DNA of 25,599 bases from Sandaracinaceae bacterium. GTDB lineage: Bacteria > Myxococcota_A > Polyangia > Polyangiales > Sandaracinaceae. Location: contig JBGAQA010000092.1 of the NCBI GenBank assembly GCA_044220955.1, forward strand, positions 1 to 25,599, written 5' to 3'. This document shows, one piece after another, positions 25,107 through 25,599 of the stretch (its first letter is position 1; each line of letters opens with the position of its first letter). A program made the translations under genes and the position numbers. The notes under the pieces are model-generated. The model was not told the DNA's origin and did no database searches. It saw nothing but the letters and a program-made list of their open reading frames with translations.

Positions 25107-25599
25107 TCACTCCACGTCGACCGCCTCGACGAACACGACGCGCGAGCCCGGGAGCCACACCCGCCGGCTCTCGCCGCGCCGGATGCCGCGGAGCCCCGCC
25201 GCGAGCGCAGGCTCGAGCGCGTCGAGCCGGACACGGAGCGGCGACGACGACGTCGCGTCGAGCACGAGCCCGCCGGCGTCCCAGATCGCGATCCGGACGG
25301 CGAGACCTTCTTCCCCGACGTCGCCCGTACCGGCGTGCTCCATGAGCCACGCGCCGCCGCCCTCGATCGCGTGCGCGCCTGCCGGGGCGTGCGCCACGTC
25401 GCTCGGTGCCGCGGGGTGCGGGCGCGGCGCCGTCTCGGGCGGCGGCGGGGGGTCCTGCGCGTCCGCCAGCATCGCCTCGTAGAGGTGGTCGCGCGGCGCG
25501 CCGGCGTCGAGCGCGGCCTGGGCTCGCGCGCGGGCCCGCTCCTCGGCATGCACGACGCTCGCGGGCGGCTGCGCGCCGATGCTCAGCTCGCCGTTCACG
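25107..25599 (-). CDS. 5'-truncated protein: end of a DsbA/thioredoxin-like domain, Pro linker, degenerate FKBP-like domain
   Basis: 'VNGELSIGAQP' resembles the C-terminal 'VNGxxxxGAQP' of DsbA-like folds. 'APSDVAHAPAGA...GTG...IWDAGGLVLD...GLRGIRRGESRRVWLP...VVFVEAVDV' follows the FKBP layout. Frame runs off the window end. Confidence 0.55.
   Translation of the reverse strand, partial: VNGELSIGAQPPASVVHAEERARARAQAALDAGAPRDHLYEAMLADAQDPPPPPETAPRPHPAAPSDVAHAPAGAHAIEGGGAWLMEHAGTGDVGEEGLAVRIAIWDAGGLVLDATSSSPLRVRLDALEPALAAGLRGIRRGESRRVWLPGSRVVFVEAVDVE

Noticed and set aside
1..25599. CRISPR array, prophage, transposase, tRNA/rRNA, defence system
   Set aside because: No regularly spaced repeats, cloverleafs, or recognisable integrase, transposase, nuclease or phage motifs; composition is uniform apart from short promoter patches.

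Overview
Very GC-rich (roughly 70-75% by eye), densely coding bacterial chromosomal segment. Gene content (many Cys-rich and lipobox-bearing proteins, an FG-GAP lipoprotein, FGE-like and PPC-like lipoproteins) suggests Myxococcota, perhaps Polyangia/Sandaracinaceae-like (inference). Housekeeping content: pgsA, asnS, RNase P RNA (rnpB, 13904-14300), a fumarylacetoacetate-hydrolase-family gene and a peptide ABC transporter lacking its ATPases. No phage, IS transposase, CRISPR array, tRNA or rRNA was recognised. Most interesting candidates: (i) a MerR-like HTH gene paired with a stand-alone sigma70 region-4 protein carrying a Cys/His cluster, behind an AT-rich promoter with a perfect TTGACA; (ii) a giant lipoprotein + FadL-like channel + membrane-anchored alpha/beta hydrolase operon, divergent from two orphan MlaE permeases across an 18-bp perfect palindrome (possible lipid-scavenging system); (iii) two lipoproteins built from five copies of one two-Cys domain; (iv) recurrent -10-like hexamers just before start codons (leaderless mRNAs); (v) a DsbA-like/degenerate-FKBP fusion and a PPC/Tudor-like fusion. 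All family calls come from motif recognition by eye; no searches were run.
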